Below are positions 37,684-47,628 of a stretch of DNA of 64,000 nt, in pieces. Source of the DNA: Alphaproteobacteria bacterium (lineage in GTDB: Bacteria > Pseudomonadota > Alphaproteobacteria > UBA6615); the NCBI GenBank assembly GCA_965205535.1, contig CBDBHH010000005.1:461773-525772 (forward strand). Reading direction: 5' to 3'. The notes under the pieces are model-generated. The model ran no database searches. It was not told the origin of the DNA and saw only the letters and a list, made by a program, of their open reading frames with translations. How positions within the stretch are numbered: the stretch's first letter is position 1; each line of letters begins with the position of its first letter. Made by a program: the position numbers and the translations under genes.

Positions 37684-38217
37684 ATGGCCGCATCCGACTT
37701 GCACACCACCCTACGCCGGCGTCCCGCGACCTGGCCCGCGCTCACCCTGGCCGCCAGCGTCGCCATGCTCGGCGGTGCGTGGAGCTTCCAGGTTTTCGGC
37801 GGCCTGCAGCCCTGCACGTTATGCCTGTATCAGCGCTGGCCCTACTGGATCGTGATGATCCTCGCCGGCCTCGCGGTACTGGCCGGGCGTCGCCTGGCAC
37901 CGGGTGGCCTGGCGGTCTTCGCGGCGATCAGCGGGCTCGTATTTCTCGCCGGTGCGGGCATCGCCGGGTTCCATGTCGGCGTCGAACAGCATTGGTGGGA
38001 AGGATTGTCGACCTGCGGCAGTGGCGGGCTCGACGACCCCAACATGTCCATCGAGGAACTCAAGGCGAAACTCTTCGCCACGCCGCTGGTCCGCTGCGAC
38101 GACGTGGCATGGTCCCTCTTCGGAATTTCGATGGCAGGCTATAATCTGATCATCTCGGTGATCCTCGCGGCGGCATCCGCATGGGCAGCACAGGGTTTCT
38201 GGCGAAAGACGGCATGA
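37684..38217 (+). CDS. dsbB: Disulfide bond formation protein B (DsbB family)
   Basis: CTLCLYQRWPY first Cys pair and a second periplasmic Cys pair (CGSG...RCDD); 4 TM segments. Confidence 0.75.
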   Translation: MAASDLHTTLRRRPATWPALTLAASVAMLGGAWSFQVFGGLQPCTLCLYQRWPYWIVMILAGLAVLAGRRLAPGGLAVFAAISGLVFLAGAGIAGFHVGVEQHWWEGLSTCGSGGLDDPNMSIEELKAKLFATPLVRCDDVAWSLFGISMAGYNLIISVILAAASAWAAQGFWRKTA

Positions 38218-38789
38218 GCGAAACAAACTCCAAACGTCCCAAGCAAACAGGCGACGACCGCCTGCCCGGCGACCCGGACCGCGAGACCCTGATCGAGCGG
38301 ATGATCCGGGTGGACCATGCCGGCGAGTTCGGCGCGGCGCGCATCTATGCGGGCCAGCTCGCGGTGCTGGGCAAGCAACCCGTCGGCGAGACCATCCGGC
38401 ACATGGCCGAACAGGAAAAAAGGCATCTCGAGGCATTCGACAAACTTATTGTCGAGCGGCGGGTGCGCCCCACACTCCTGTCGCCCGTCTGGCATGCCGC
38501 GGGCTTCGCGCTGGGTGCGGCTACGGCTGCCATGGGCGAGAAGGCCGCCATGGCCTGCACCGTCGCGGTCGAGGATGTCATCCAGGAGCATTATGCCGAG
38601 CAGTCCGAACAGCTCGGCGAGGACGAGGCTGAACTGCGTGACCTGATTGACGAATTTCGCGCCGAGGAGATCGAGCACAAGGAAACCGGGCTCGCCCATG
38701 ATGCAGAAGCCACGCCGGGCTATCGGGTGATGTCGGAGTTCATCAAGACCGGCACGCGTGCCGCGATCTGGCTGTCGACCCGGGTCTGA
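38214..38789 (+). CDS. coq7: Demethoxyubiquinone hydroxylase Coq7
   Basis: Di-iron ferritin-like motifs (E...EEIEH, RVDHAGE). Its start overlaps the dsbB stop (ATGA). Confidence 0.85.
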   Translation: MSETNSKRPKQTGDDRLPGDPDRETLIERMIRVDHAGEFGAARIYAGQLAVLGKQPVGETIRHMAEQEKRHLEAFDKLIVERRVRPTLLSPVWHAAGFALGAATAAMGEKAAMACTVAVEDVIQEHYAEQSEQLGEDEAELRDLIDEFRAEEIEHKETGLAHDAEATPGYRVMSEFIKTGTRAAIWLSTRV

Positions 38790-38806
38790 CAGGCCAGCCG
38801 AACGTC

Positions 38807-39367
38807 CTACTCGTCCAGCTCGCTATCCCAGTAGAGATAGTCCCGCCAGCTCTCATGCAGGAAGTTCGGCGGGAAGGCCCGGCCGTTCTCGATCAATTCC
38901 CAGGTGTCGGGCTGGCGCGGTTTGCTCAGCAGGTGCATCCCCGCTTCTTCCGGGGTGCGGTTCGCCTTCGCCAGATTATAGGCCCCCGACGCCGTCACCA
39001 CATTCTCCCAGGACGTGCGCCCGCCGCGTGAACGCGGGATCACATGATCGAAGGTCAGCTCGTGAGCCGGAAGCCGCTGGCCGGAATACTGGCAGGTGAA
39101 ACGGTCGCGCAGGAACACGTTGAACCGGGTGAAGGCAGGCTTGTCCGCCGGGCGAATATATTCCTTCAGGGAGACGACACTGGGCAGCGGCATCTCGAGA
39201 TTGGGGGAGCGGATCACCCGGTCATATTCGGCGACCGTGTTGACCCGGCCCATCAGGGTGGCCTTCACGGCGTCCTGCCAGGGCCAGACAGACAGGGGGA
39301 AATAGCTCAGCGGGCGGAAATCCGCGTTGAGCACGAGTGCCGGACATTGTTCCAGCGCGACGTCCAT
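38807..39367 (-). CDS. HNH endonuclease family protein
   Basis: 186 aa with CQYSG...FDHVIPRSRGGRTSWENVVTA, an HNH motif. Confidence 0.75.
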   Translation of the reverse strand: MDVALEQCPALVLNADFRPLSYFPLSVWPWQDAVKATLMGRVNTVAEYDRVIRSPNLEMPLPSVVSLKEYIRPADKPAFTRFNVFLRDRFTCQYSGQRLPAHELTFDHVIPRSRGGRTSWENVVTASGAYNLAKANRTPEEAGMHLLSKPRQPDTWELIENGRAFPPNFLHESWRDYLYWDSELDE

Positions 39368-39483
39368 CGATCCCCTCCCGGATGTAACTCTCAGTGGGCC
39401 AGTTCAAAGACTAAGCAACAAACTCCGATTCCGCACAAAACTCTGTCCGCCAACTGTCCCACCTGCCCGCCCGATTGTCCAAT

Positions 39484-40152
39484 TCAGCTAGTCGCAAACA
39501 CCCGGCCCAGAAGCACGACCGCGCGGCCCACCCCGTCATCATCGATGCCGTGACCCAGCCCCGGCCGCGAAACAGCTTCAACATTCACCCCCGCGTCGCG
39601 CAGCGTCGATTCCGCCATCCCGAGTGCAGCGTGGGGCACGATCTCGTCGGCCTCGCCATGCACGAGCAAAACCGGCGGGCGAACGGTGATTTCCTCGGCG
39701 AGGCTGTCGGCTGCCGCGAGCATGCCCGAGTAACCGAGCACCGCGGCGGGTGCTGCCGCGCGGCGCATCCCGATATGCAGCGCCATCATGCAGCCCTGGC
39801 TGAAGCCGAACAGTGCCAGGTCGGCGTCGGTCAGGCCGAGGCGCTGCAGATGATGATCGAGAAACGCGTCGATCGCCGGGGCGACGCTGCGCACGCCGGC
39901 GGCGATATTCTCGGGCGAACGATCCGTCAGGCTGAACCATTGCAGGCCAAACGGCGCCCCCTCGCAGGGATCGGGCGCATCCGGCGCCAGAAACAGCGCG
40001 TCGGGCAGATCGCCGGCGAGCATCGGCGCCAGGCCGATCAGGTCGTTGCCGTCCGCGCCGCGGCCATGCAGCAGCACGACCAGCTGTTTGGGCGGATTGC
40101 CCGAGGCGGGGCCGTAGCTCGGTCCGGTGAGTTGCGGTTCGGTCATTGTCAT
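39484..40152 (-). CDS. Phospholipase/carboxylesterase-family alpha/beta hydrolase
   Basis: GFSQG nucleophile elbow; start MTMTEPQL. The upstream ORF extension is unlikely to be real. Confidence 0.75.
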   Translation of the reverse strand: MTMTEPQLTGPSYGPASGNPPKQLVVLLHGRGADGNDLIGLAPMLAGDLPDALFLAPDAPDPCEGAPFGLQWFSLTDRSPENIAAGVRSVAPAIDAFLDHHLQRLGLTDADLALFGFSQGCMMALHIGMRRAAAPAAVLGYSGMLAAADSLAEEITVRPPVLLVHGEADEIVPHAALGMAESTLRDAGVNVEAVSRPGLGHGIDDDGVGRAVVLLGRVFATS

Positions 40153-40177
40153 CTCCACGCCATTCGGGTTCGGCCCA

Positions 40178-40792
40178 TCATATCGCTTCGATGTGATAGG
40201 CGTGCCAAAGAAGTCGCGCCGCGGCACTGCGCCAGGGGCGCCAACGTTCGGCCTCGTCGCGCAACTGACCCGGCGTCCAGCGCGTGCCGTCGCCCAGATG
40301 GGTGCCCGCCGATGCGACCAGCGCCAGATCGTCGGCCGGCATGATGTCCGTGCGCCCGAGCGCGAACAGGAGATAGCATTCCGCGCTCCACCGCCCGATG
40401 CCCTTGAGCTCGACGAGCGCCGCAATCGCGGTCTCGTCATCCTGTTTGCGCAGCGCGTCGAGGTTCAGCCCGCCCGAGACCACCGCCTCCGCCAGGCCGC
40501 GGCCATAGGCCACTTTCTGGCGGCTGAGCCCGTGGGTGCGCAGATCCTCGTCGTCCTGGACGATGAACGCCGCCGGATCCCTGGTAATTCCCGCCGCCTC
40601 CATGCGCTTCCAGATGGCCGCGGCCGCATGGGTCGAGAGCTGTTGACCGACGATCACCCGCAGCAGGGTGGCAAATCCCGGCGGGCGGGCGCGCGGGCCC
40701 GGTGTGCCGGCGCGTGACCACAGCTCGCCCATGCGCGGATCGAGCGCCGCAAGTTCTTCCAGCCCGGCCTCTAGCCGTTTGCGTGTTTTCAT
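40178..40792 (-). CDS. alkA: DNA-3-methyladenine glycosylase II (AlkA / HhH-GPD family)
   Basis: HhH-GPD motif LVELKGIGRWSAECYLLFALGRTDIMPADD. Confidence 0.8.
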   Translation of the reverse strand: MKTRKRLEAGLEELAALDPRMGELWSRAGTPGPRARPPGFATLLRVIVGQQLSTHAAAAIWKRMEAAGITRDPAAFIVQDDEDLRTHGLSRQKVAYGRGLAEAVVSGGLNLDALRKQDDETAIAALVELKGIGRWSAECYLLFALGRTDIMPADDLALVASAGTHLGDGTRWTPGQLRDEAERWRPWRSAAARLLWHAYHIEAI

Positions 40793-40875
40793 CGAATCAT
40801 CACCTTATCAACGCTCGCGCATTGACCCCGATTGGCGCGCCAAGATCAACCCGGACTCCCGATGAACCCTGTCTC

Positions 40876-41781
40876 ATGAGTAACGCCAGCCCCGCCGAAA
40901 CGCTCACCACCCGGTTCGCACCGTCGCCGACCGGCCTGCTGCACCTGGGTCACGCCTATTCCGCGCTGTTCGCCGGGCGTCTCGCACATGCGGCCGAGGG
41001 CCGGTTCATCCTGCGCATCGAGGATATCGATCCGGGCCGTTGTCGCCCGGAATTCGAGGACGCGATCATCGAGGACATGGCCTGGCTGGGCCTGGAATGG
41101 ACCCAGCCGGTGTGGCGTCAGTCGGAGCGCATGGATGAATACGCCGCCGCGCTCGACAGGTTGAACGAGTTGGACCTGCTCTATCCGTGTTTCTGCACCC
41201 GCAAGGATATTGCCGCGGAAATCAGCCGGTCCGGGGCAGCGCCGCATCTCGACCATGACGGGCCTGACGGTCCCGTGTATCCCGGAATCTGCAAATCACT
41301 CGACGCAGAGACCCGCGCGGCAAGGATCGCCGACGGCGAGCCTCACGCCCTGCGCCTCGACATGGACGCCGCGATCGCCCGGGCCGGCACGCTTACCTGG
41401 CACGACCGGTCACGGGGCGAACAGACAGCGGAACCGGAACTTTTCGGCGACGTCGTGCTGGCCCGCAAGGACGTGGCGACCAGCTACCATTTGGCCGTGA
41501 CCGTCGATGATGCGGCCCAAGGCGTCACCCTGGTGACCCGCGGCACGGATCTTTTCGCCGCGACCCACATCCACCGCCTGCTCCAGGCGCTGCTCGGCCT
41601 CGACGTGCCCGAATGGCACCACACCCCCCTGCTGGCGAACAGCGACGGGGAGCGGCTGGCCAAGCGCGACAAGGCCTTCACTTTGCGCGCCATGCGGGAG
41701 GCCGGCACCGACCCGGATGAAATCTGGGCGATGGCGATCCGCCAGATCGCCCGGGGGGCGGCGAGCGCCAACGAACTGTAG
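40876..41781 (+). CDS. gluQ: tRNA glutamyl-Q(34) synthetase (GluQRS)
   Basis: RFAPSPTGLLHLGHAYSAL HIGH motif; about 300 aa truncated GluRS catalytic domain; LAKRDK KMSKS-like motif. Confidence 0.85.
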   Translation: MSNASPAETLTTRFAPSPTGLLHLGHAYSALFAGRLAHAAEGRFILRIEDIDPGRCRPEFEDAIIEDMAWLGLEWTQPVWRQSERMDEYAAALDRLNELDLLYPCFCTRKDIAAEISRSGAAPHLDHDGPDGPVYPGICKSLDAETRAARIADGEPHALRLDMDAAIARAGTLTWHDRSRGEQTAEPELFGDVVLARKDVATSYHLAVTVDDAAQGVTLVTRGTDLFAATHIHRLLQALLGLDVPEWHHTPLLANSDGERLAKRDKAFTLRAMREAGTDPDEIWAMAIRQIARGAASANEL

Positions 41782-41794
41782 TAACGGGGTTTCG

Positions 41795-42646
41795 TCAGGC
41801 CCAGGCGCGAAGACCGTAGACCAGGCGCGCATAGTCGGGATGCTCGGGCGCGATCAGCCCGTGACGGATCGCGAAATCGATGATCACCAGATTGACGTTG
41901 AACTTGAACTCGTCGGTCTCGTCGATCACCCGAAGCGCCTGCTGCACCGGCCATTTCACGAAGCCGCTGACCTCGCCATCGGTGTTCACGGGCTCGAAAT
42001 CCGCCGGCAGCTTGAGGTCATAGACGAACAGCATGTCGCGCCGGATGCCTCTCTGGGTGTCGAGGGTATAGGTGATCACCCCGGCGGGCCGGGCCGTCTG
42101 CGCCAGATCTTCAGGCACCGAGGCTTCCTCGGCGGCTTCCTTGACCACGTTCTCCGCCAGGCTCAGTCCCACCGGCAGGCCGCCCGCGACCATATTGTCG
42201 AGCTTGCCGGGCGCCACCTCGCGGTTCTTGGACCGCACGCCGATCCACAGTTGGGGGCCATCCGGGGCATCCACGTAACCGTTCACATGAACCCCGTAGG
42301 AAACAATTCCGAAGGATTCGAGCCAGGCCCGGTCGATCCGCATAAGGATCTCGCCGCCGAATTTCTCCGACACCGGGCAGAGCTCCTTGCGGTTGCGCGG
42401 CAGTGCCTGTTTCACGACCAGCGCGGCACCGGCCTCGGCCAGGGCGCGTGAACGTTCCTCCACATCCTTGATGCGTTCGAGGATCGCCACCTCGCTATCG
42501 GTGACCTTGAAGTAGTGCCCCCAGCGGGTCATCAGCTCCGCGAGGTCGCGGCGTACCCAGCCGACCTGCACCCCGCCCACGCTGAACGGCAGCCTGCCGT
42601 CGAAGCTGTGGGCGTTGCACGCCACGATATGATCGTAGAGACCCAT
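41795..42646 (-). CDS. NUDIX hydrolase (with N-terminal DUF4743-like domain)
   Basis: Nudix-box-like GGLPVGLSLAENVVKEAAEEASV. Confidence 0.65.
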   Translation of the reverse strand: MGLYDHIVACNAHSFDGRLPFSVGGVQVGWVRRDLAELMTRWGHYFKVTDSEVAILERIKDVEERSRALAEAGAALVVKQALPRNRKELCPVSEKFGGEILMRIDRAWLESFGIVSYGVHVNGYVDAPDGPQLWIGVRSKNREVAPGKLDNMVAGGLPVGLSLAENVVKEAAEEASVPEDLAQTARPAGVITYTLDTQRGIRRDMLFVYDLKLPADFEPVNTDGEVSGFVKWPVQQALRVIDETDEFKFNVNLVIIDFAIRHGLIAPEHPDYARLVYGLRAWA

Positions 42647-42671
42647 TGCCGCCTACCCGCACCGACTGGGA

Positions 42672-43019
42672 TCAGGCGCAAGCCACACGGCGTTTTTCGG
42701 AGACCAGCACCTGGGAAACGCCGAACATGGCGCGCATCGCCGCGGCCATCTGCGTGGCCAGCGCGTGATCGATCTCACCCGATTCGATGTCGATATCGAC
42801 ATAGGTCCCGCTCGTCTCGTCGCGCACGCCATGCCACCGGTCGGGCAGCAGGCCGCGCTTGGCCCAAAGTTCCATCAGACGCGGCATCATACCCGGATCG
42901 GCGACAGCCCGGACCGAGAAACAGTGAACCGCGTTGGGTTGTTCTTCAGATTGAGTATGCGAGTGATTGTGTAAGGACATCGTGAACGGACTCCATTTGA
43001 ATTGACGTTGCGTAGACAT
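42672..43019 (-). CDS. Hypothetical protein
   Basis: ORF with a His-rich N-terminus (MSLHNHSHTQ). Start uncertain; no family recognised. Confidence 0.3.
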   Translation of the reverse strand: MSTQRQFKWSPFTMSLHNHSHTQSEEQPNAVHCFSVRAVADPGMMPRLMELWAKRGLLPDRWHGVRDETSGTYVDIDIESGEIDHALATQMAAAMRAMFGVSQVLVSEKRRVACA

Positions 43020-43167
43020 GCGCTCCCGGCCGCCGCCCCGTAAGTCGGGCGTACGCCGGGCCGTCAATAAGAATGGTCCGCATTCCGTTCATGGCGCGGA
43101 ACCTACAAACACGCACCCACGCGGTCAACAAATCTGTGATTCCCGGCGCGCGCGCCTCTCGTCAGGG

Positions 43168-43395
43168 ATGATCCGGGTCGATATGATCGCGGCCATGAAA
43201 GCCCTGTCCATTCTCCTCGCCATCGCGCTGGCGGCCGTCATGGCGGTGCTGATCGCCGGCCTGATCGCGATGGCCCGCGGCGGCGAGTTCAACCGCAAAT
43301 ACGGCAACAAGCTGATGCGCGCGCGCGTGGCGCTGCAGGGGGCGGCGATCGTGCTGTTCCTGCTGTTCATGCTCGCGGCGAGCAACAGCAACTAG
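43168..43395 (+). CDS. Twin-transmembrane-helix small protein (HIG1-domain-like)
   Basis: Two TM helices plus FNRKYGNKLMRARVALQGAAIV, typical of this family. Confidence 0.55.
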   Translation: MIRVDMIAAMKALSILLAIALAAVMAVLIAGLIAMARGGEFNRKYGNKLMRARVALQGAAIVLFLLFMLAASNSN

Positions 43396-43410
43396 GGTGG
43401 AGAAGCAATC

Positions 43411-43995
43411 ATGGTCCAGCTCAACAAGATCTATACCCGCGGCGGCGATGCCGGCGACACGTCGCTGGGGTCCGGCGACCGGGTGGCGAAGCACGATCTG
43501 CGGGTGGCCGCCTATGGCACCGTGGATGAGGCCAACGCGGTCATCGGCCTGGCCCGGCTGCACACCGGCGACGCCCCGGAGACCGACGCCATGCTCCGGC
43601 GCATCCAGAATGACCTGTTCGATCTCGGGGCGGATCTCTGCACGCCCGAGGGCGACGCGCGGGCCGCGAGCAAATCCGAGGGCGCGCTGCGCATCGTCGG
43701 CGAACAGGTGGACCGCCTGGAAGCCGAGATCGATGCCATCAACGAAGACCTGGAACCCCTCACCTCGTTCATCCTGCCCGGTGGCACGCCTGCGGCGGCA
43801 AATCTGCACCTGGCGCGCACGGTGGTGCGCCGCGCGGAACGGCTGATGACCGAGTTGGCGACCCGCGAGACGGTGAACCCCCACGCGCTGAAATATGCGA
43901 ACCGGCTGTCGGATCACCTGTTCGTGCTGGCCCGCGCGCTCAACGACGGCGGCAAGGCCGACATTCTCTGGGAGCCCGGCCAGACCCGCGGCTGA
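43411..43995 (+). CDS. Cob(I)yrinic acid a,c-diamide adenosyltransferase (PduO-type ATP:cob(I)alamin adenosyltransferase)
   Basis: MVQLNKIYTRGGDAGDTSLG N-terminus is the hallmark of PduO-type ACAs. Confidence 0.85.
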   Translation: MVQLNKIYTRGGDAGDTSLGSGDRVAKHDLRVAAYGTVDEANAVIGLARLHTGDAPETDAMLRRIQNDLFDLGADLCTPEGDARAASKSEGALRIVGEQVDRLEAEIDAINEDLEPLTSFILPGGTPAAANLHLARTVVRRAERLMTELATRETVNPHALKYANRLSDHLFVLARALNDGGKADILWEPGQTRG

Positions 43996-44192
43996 TCGGC
44001 CCGGCTTCACATCGTCTGACGATCACAAGCGACGATGGTTTGCTCACGCCTTGAGAGCCCCGCACCGAAGATTTGACTCCATTTCAACCGTTCGGCATGT
44101 TGCAGTGCGAAAACAACGAAACGCTATGGCAGGCGGGGCTTTCATGCGTGTTTCCCACCCTGTCAGAGCCATGATCGCGAGCGGATAACCCC

Positions 44193-44942
44193 ATGAAATT
44201 GCTGATCCCCGTCAAGCGGGTCATCGACTACAACGTCAAGGTGCGCGTCAAATCCGACGGCACCGGCGTCGAGACGTCCAACGTCAAAATGTCGATGAAC
44301 CCTTTCGATGAAATCGCCGTCGAAGAGGCCGTGCGCCTGAAGGAAGCCGGCAAGGCCGAAGAGGTCATCGCCGCGTCCCTCGGTGTGGCCCAGTGCCAGG
44401 AAACGATCCGGACCGCGCTGGCGATGGGGGCGGACAGGGGCATTCATGTGGCGAGCGACGACGATCTGGAACCGCTGGCCGTGGCCAAGCTGCTCAAGGC
44501 GCTGGTCGATCGCGAATCACCCGAGCTGGTGATCCTCGGCAAGCAGGCGATCGACGATGATTCCAACCAGACCGGGCAGATGCTTGCCGCCCTTCTGGGC
44601 TGGCCCCAGGCGACCTTCGCCTCCGAGCTCGAGCTCGGCGACGGCACCGCGAAGGTGACCCGCGAGATCGACGGCGGGCTCGAGACCATCGACATCAACC
44701 TGCCGGCGATCGTGACCACCGATCTGCGCCTCAACGAGCCGCGCTACGCGTCGCTGCCCAACATCATGAAGGCAAAGAAGAAGCCGATCGACGAACTGAC
44801 GCCGGACGAACTCGGCGTCGACGTGTCGCCGCGCCTGGAGACCCTCAAGGTCGAGGAACCGGCCGGACGCGAGGCCGGGGTGATGGTCGAGACCGTCGCC
44901 GAACTGGTCGACAAGCTGAAAAACGAAGCGAGGGTCATCTGA
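44193..44942 (+). CDS. etfB: Electron transfer flavoprotein beta subunit
   Basis: [19 protein letters not shown]...[10 protein letters not shown]; 249 aa. Confidence 0.9.
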   Translation: MKLLIPVKRVIDYNVKVRVKSDGTGVETSNVKMSMNPFDEIAVEEAVRLKEAGKAEEVIAASLGVAQCQETIRTALAMGADRGIHVASDDDLEPLAVAKLLKALVDRESPELVILGKQAIDDDSNQTGQMLAALLGWPQATFASELELGDGTAKVTREIDGGLETIDINLPAIVTTDLRLNEPRYASLPNIMKAKKKPIDELTPDELGVDVSPRLETLKVEEPAGREAGVMVETVAELVDKLKNEARVI

Positions 44943-45895
44943 TGGCTATTCTCGTCATTGCCGAACATGACAACGCAACCCTCAAGCCCGCGACCCTGAA
45001 CACGGTCATGGCCGCAAGCCAGCTGTCCGACGCCGGCGCCGGCGATGTCACCGTCCTGGTCGCCGGGTCGGGCTGTGCCGCGGTCGGCGAGGCTGCTGCC
45101 ACCATCGACGGCGTCGCCAAAGTGCTGGTCGCCGACGATGCCGGGCTCGAACACGGGCTCGCGGAAAATCTCGCCGCGCTGGTGACCGGCATGGCCGGGG
45201 ACTATTCCCACGTGCTCGCCCCCGCCACCACCTCGGGCAAGAACTTCATGCCCCGGGTTGCCGCGACCCTCGACCTGCAGCAGATCTCCGAGATCAGCGC
45301 CGTCGTGGATGCCGACACCTTTGTCCGGCCGATCTACGCCGGCAACGCGATGGCCACGGTCAAATCATCGGACGCGACCAAGATCATCACCGTGCGCATC
45401 ACCACCTTCGATGCCGCACCGGCCACGGGCGGCAGTGCCGCCGTCGAGGCCGTGTCGAGTGCCACGGATTCGGGCCTGTCCCGCTTCGTCAGCCGCGAGG
45501 AATCCGGTGGCGACCGACCGGAGCTCACCGCCGCACGGGTGGTTATATCCGGTGGCCGCGGCATGGCGTCGGGCGAGAACTACGCCCTGATCGAACCCAT
45601 CGCCGACAAGCTCGGGGCCGCCATGGGCGCCTCGCGCGCCGCCGTCGATGCGGGCTTCGTGCCGAACGACTGGCAGGTCGGCCAGACCGGCAAGGTCGTG
45701 GCGCCGGAGCTCTATATCGCGATCGGAATTTCCGGCGCGATCCAGCATCTCGCCGGCATGAAGGATTCAAAAGTGATCGTTGCGATCAACAAGGACGAGG
45801 AAGCGCCGATCTTCCAGGTCGCCGACTACGGTCTGGTCGCCGACCTGTTCAAGGCACTGCCCGAGCTCGACGCCGAGCTTGAGAAGCAGGGCTGA
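44942..45895 (+). CDS. etfA: Electron transfer flavoprotein alpha subunit
   Basis: MAILVIAEH; C-terminal FAD-binding region [11 protein letters not shown]. Confidence 0.9.
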   Translation: MAILVIAEHDNATLKPATLNTVMAASQLSDAGAGDVTVLVAGSGCAAVGEAAATIDGVAKVLVADDAGLEHGLAENLAALVTGMAGDYSHVLAPATTSGKNFMPRVAATLDLQQISEISAVVDADTFVRPIYAGNAMATVKSSDATKIITVRITTFDAAPATGGSAAVEAVSSATDSGLSRFVSREESGGDRPELTAARVVISGGRGMASGENYALIEPIADKLGAAMGASRAAVDAGFVPNDWQVGQTGKVVAPELYIAIGISGAIQHLAGMKDSKVIVAINKDEEAPIFQVADYGLVADLFKALPELDAELEKQG

Positions 45896-45937
45896 TCAGG
45901 AACGACCGGCAACACGAACCATCCAGGACACAGAAAA

Positions 45938-46810
45938 ATGCTGAACAAGATAGGCGTCATTGGCGCCGGCCAGATGGGCAGCGGCATCGCCCATGTCTGC
46001 GCGCTGGCGGAACATGATGTGGTCATCGTCGACATCGACGCCGACGCGCTCGAGAAATCCCTCAGCCGGATCGACGGCAATATGGACCGCCAGGTCAAGC
46101 GCACGCTGATTGCCGAAGAGGACAAGGCCGAGGCGCTGGCGCGAATTTCCAACGCCACCGGGCTCGACGCCCTGTCGGATTGCGATCTGGTGATCGAGGC
46201 CGCGACGGAGGAAGAAGCCACGAAGATCAAGATCTTCGAAGCGCTGTGTCCCTATTTGAAAGACAGCGCGCTGATCGCCTCGAACACCTCGTCGATTTCG
46301 ATCACGCGCCTGGCCACGGCCACCGACCGGCCGGAAAAATTCATGGGCATGCACTTCATGAACCCGGTGCCGATGATGAAACTCGTCGAGCTGATCCGCG
46401 GCCTGGCGACCGACGACGCCACCTTCACGGCCGTCCAGGAACTGACGAAGAAACTCGGCAAGACCGGCACGGTGTCGGAAGATTTCCCGGCCTTCATCGT
46501 CAACCGCATCCTGCTGCCGATGATCAACGAGGCGGTCTACACGCTCTATGAGGGCGTGGGGAACGTGGACTCGATCGACACCTCGATGAAGCTCGGCGCG
46601 AACCACCCGATGGGCCCGTTCGAGCTGGCCGACTTCATCGGTCTCGACACCTGCCTGGCGGTCATGCAGGTGCTCTACGAGGGGCTGGCGGACACCAAGT
46701 ACCGCCCCTGCCCGCTGCTGGTGAAATATGTCGAGGCCGGCTGGCTGGGTCGCAAGACCGGGCGCGGCTTCTATGACTATTCGGGCGACGAACCGGTCCC
46801 GACGCGGTAG
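45938..46810 (+). CDS. hbd: 3-hydroxybutyryl-CoA dehydrogenase
   Basis: IGVIGAGQMGSGIA NAD motif; 290 aa 3HCDH fold. Confidence 0.85.
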   Translation: MLNKIGVIGAGQMGSGIAHVCALAEHDVVIVDIDADALEKSLSRIDGNMDRQVKRTLIAEEDKAEALARISNATGLDALSDCDLVIEAATEEEATKIKIFEALCPYLKDSALIASNTSSISITRLATATDRPEKFMGMHFMNPVPMMKLVELIRGLATDDATFTAVQELTKKLGKTGTVSEDFPAFIVNRILLPMINEAVYTLYEGVGNVDSIDTSMKLGANHPMGPFELADFIGLDTCLAVMQVLYEGLADTKYRPCPLLVKYVEAGWLGRKTGRGFYDYSGDEPVPTR

Positions 46811-46849
46811 GCGGTCAATACCGGACAACTCTCGTCATGCCCGCGTTCG

Positions 46850-46990
46850 ACCCGGGCTTCCTGCAGCCACCTCATCCTGAGGACGGCCGGTTTCGAAGAA
46901 ACCGGTCCGTCTCGAAGGATATGGAGCACGGTAAGCCATGCTTCGAGACGGCGCTTGCGCGCCTCCTCAGCATGAGGAGGAAAGAACCGG
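46850..46990. repeat. Dispersed palindromic intergenic repeat, copy D, with a central perfect hairpin
   Basis: cacctcatcctgaggacggccggtttcgaagaaaccggtccgtctcgaaggat ... catgcttcgagacggcg ... cctcctcagcatgaggagg. Confidence 0.7.
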
Positions 46991-47000
46991 CTCCCGGCGT

Positions 47001-47588
47001 CTAGCTGCTGCCCGCCTTGTCGATGTACCAGTTGACCAAGTCGAGGGCTTCGGGCGAATCCCACTCGGCCGAGCCGACCAGCCGGCCCACTTCCATGCCC
47101 TCGGCGTCGATCAGGATCGTCGTCGGCAGGGACACCACACCGATGGCGCGGGAGAATTTCAGCCGCTCGTCGATAAAGTTGTCCGGAAAATCGACCTTGA
47201 GCTTCTTCAGGAACCGGTCGGTCTGCTTGAACCCACCACGATCCTGGCTGATCAGAACAACCTGGGCGTTCTCGCCACCCAGCTCGGTATTCAGCCGTTC
47301 CAGCGACGGCAGCTCGCGAATACACGGCCCGCACCAAGTCGCCCAGAAGTTCAGGACCACGAACTTGCCCTTGAACCGGTCGAGCATAATCGGCCCGTCT
47401 TTCTGGGCCAGAACGGTCACATCGGGAACCGGAAGGGGTTTTGCCAAGGGGTCATAATTCTGGACCTGACCCTCGATGGGCGGCCCGGAATCGGCGTTCG
47501 CACTGGTTTGCAGGCCCAAAGGTGCCCACATCACAAGCGCGAGTGCAGAAAAGGTCGTGAACAGAAAAACTTTCATCCGGCGTATCAT
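47001..47588 (-). CDS. tlpA: TlpA-family thiol:disulfide oxidoreductase (periplasmic thioredoxin-like)
   Basis: Signal peptide; WATWCGPC active site. Confidence 0.85.
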   Translation of the reverse strand: MIRRMKVFLFTTFSALALVMWAPLGLQTSANADSGPPIEGQVQNYDPLAKPLPVPDVTVLAQKDGPIMLDRFKGKFVVLNFWATWCGPCIRELPSLERLNTELGGENAQVVLISQDRGGFKQTDRFLKKLKVDFPDNFIDERLKFSRAIGVVSLPTTILIDAEGMEVGRLVGSAEWDSPEALDLVNWYIDKAGSS

Positions 47589-47628
47589 ATCGTTAAACGT
47601 CGCTCCCAGTTATACGAGCCCGAAAGCC

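Noticed and set aside
39484-40440. 318-aa ORF spanning the esterase plus upstream sequence
   Set aside because: The first 96 codons are Arg/Ser-rich low complexity overlapping the alkA 3' region. The MTMTEPQL start at 40152 gives a normal-length carboxylesterase.
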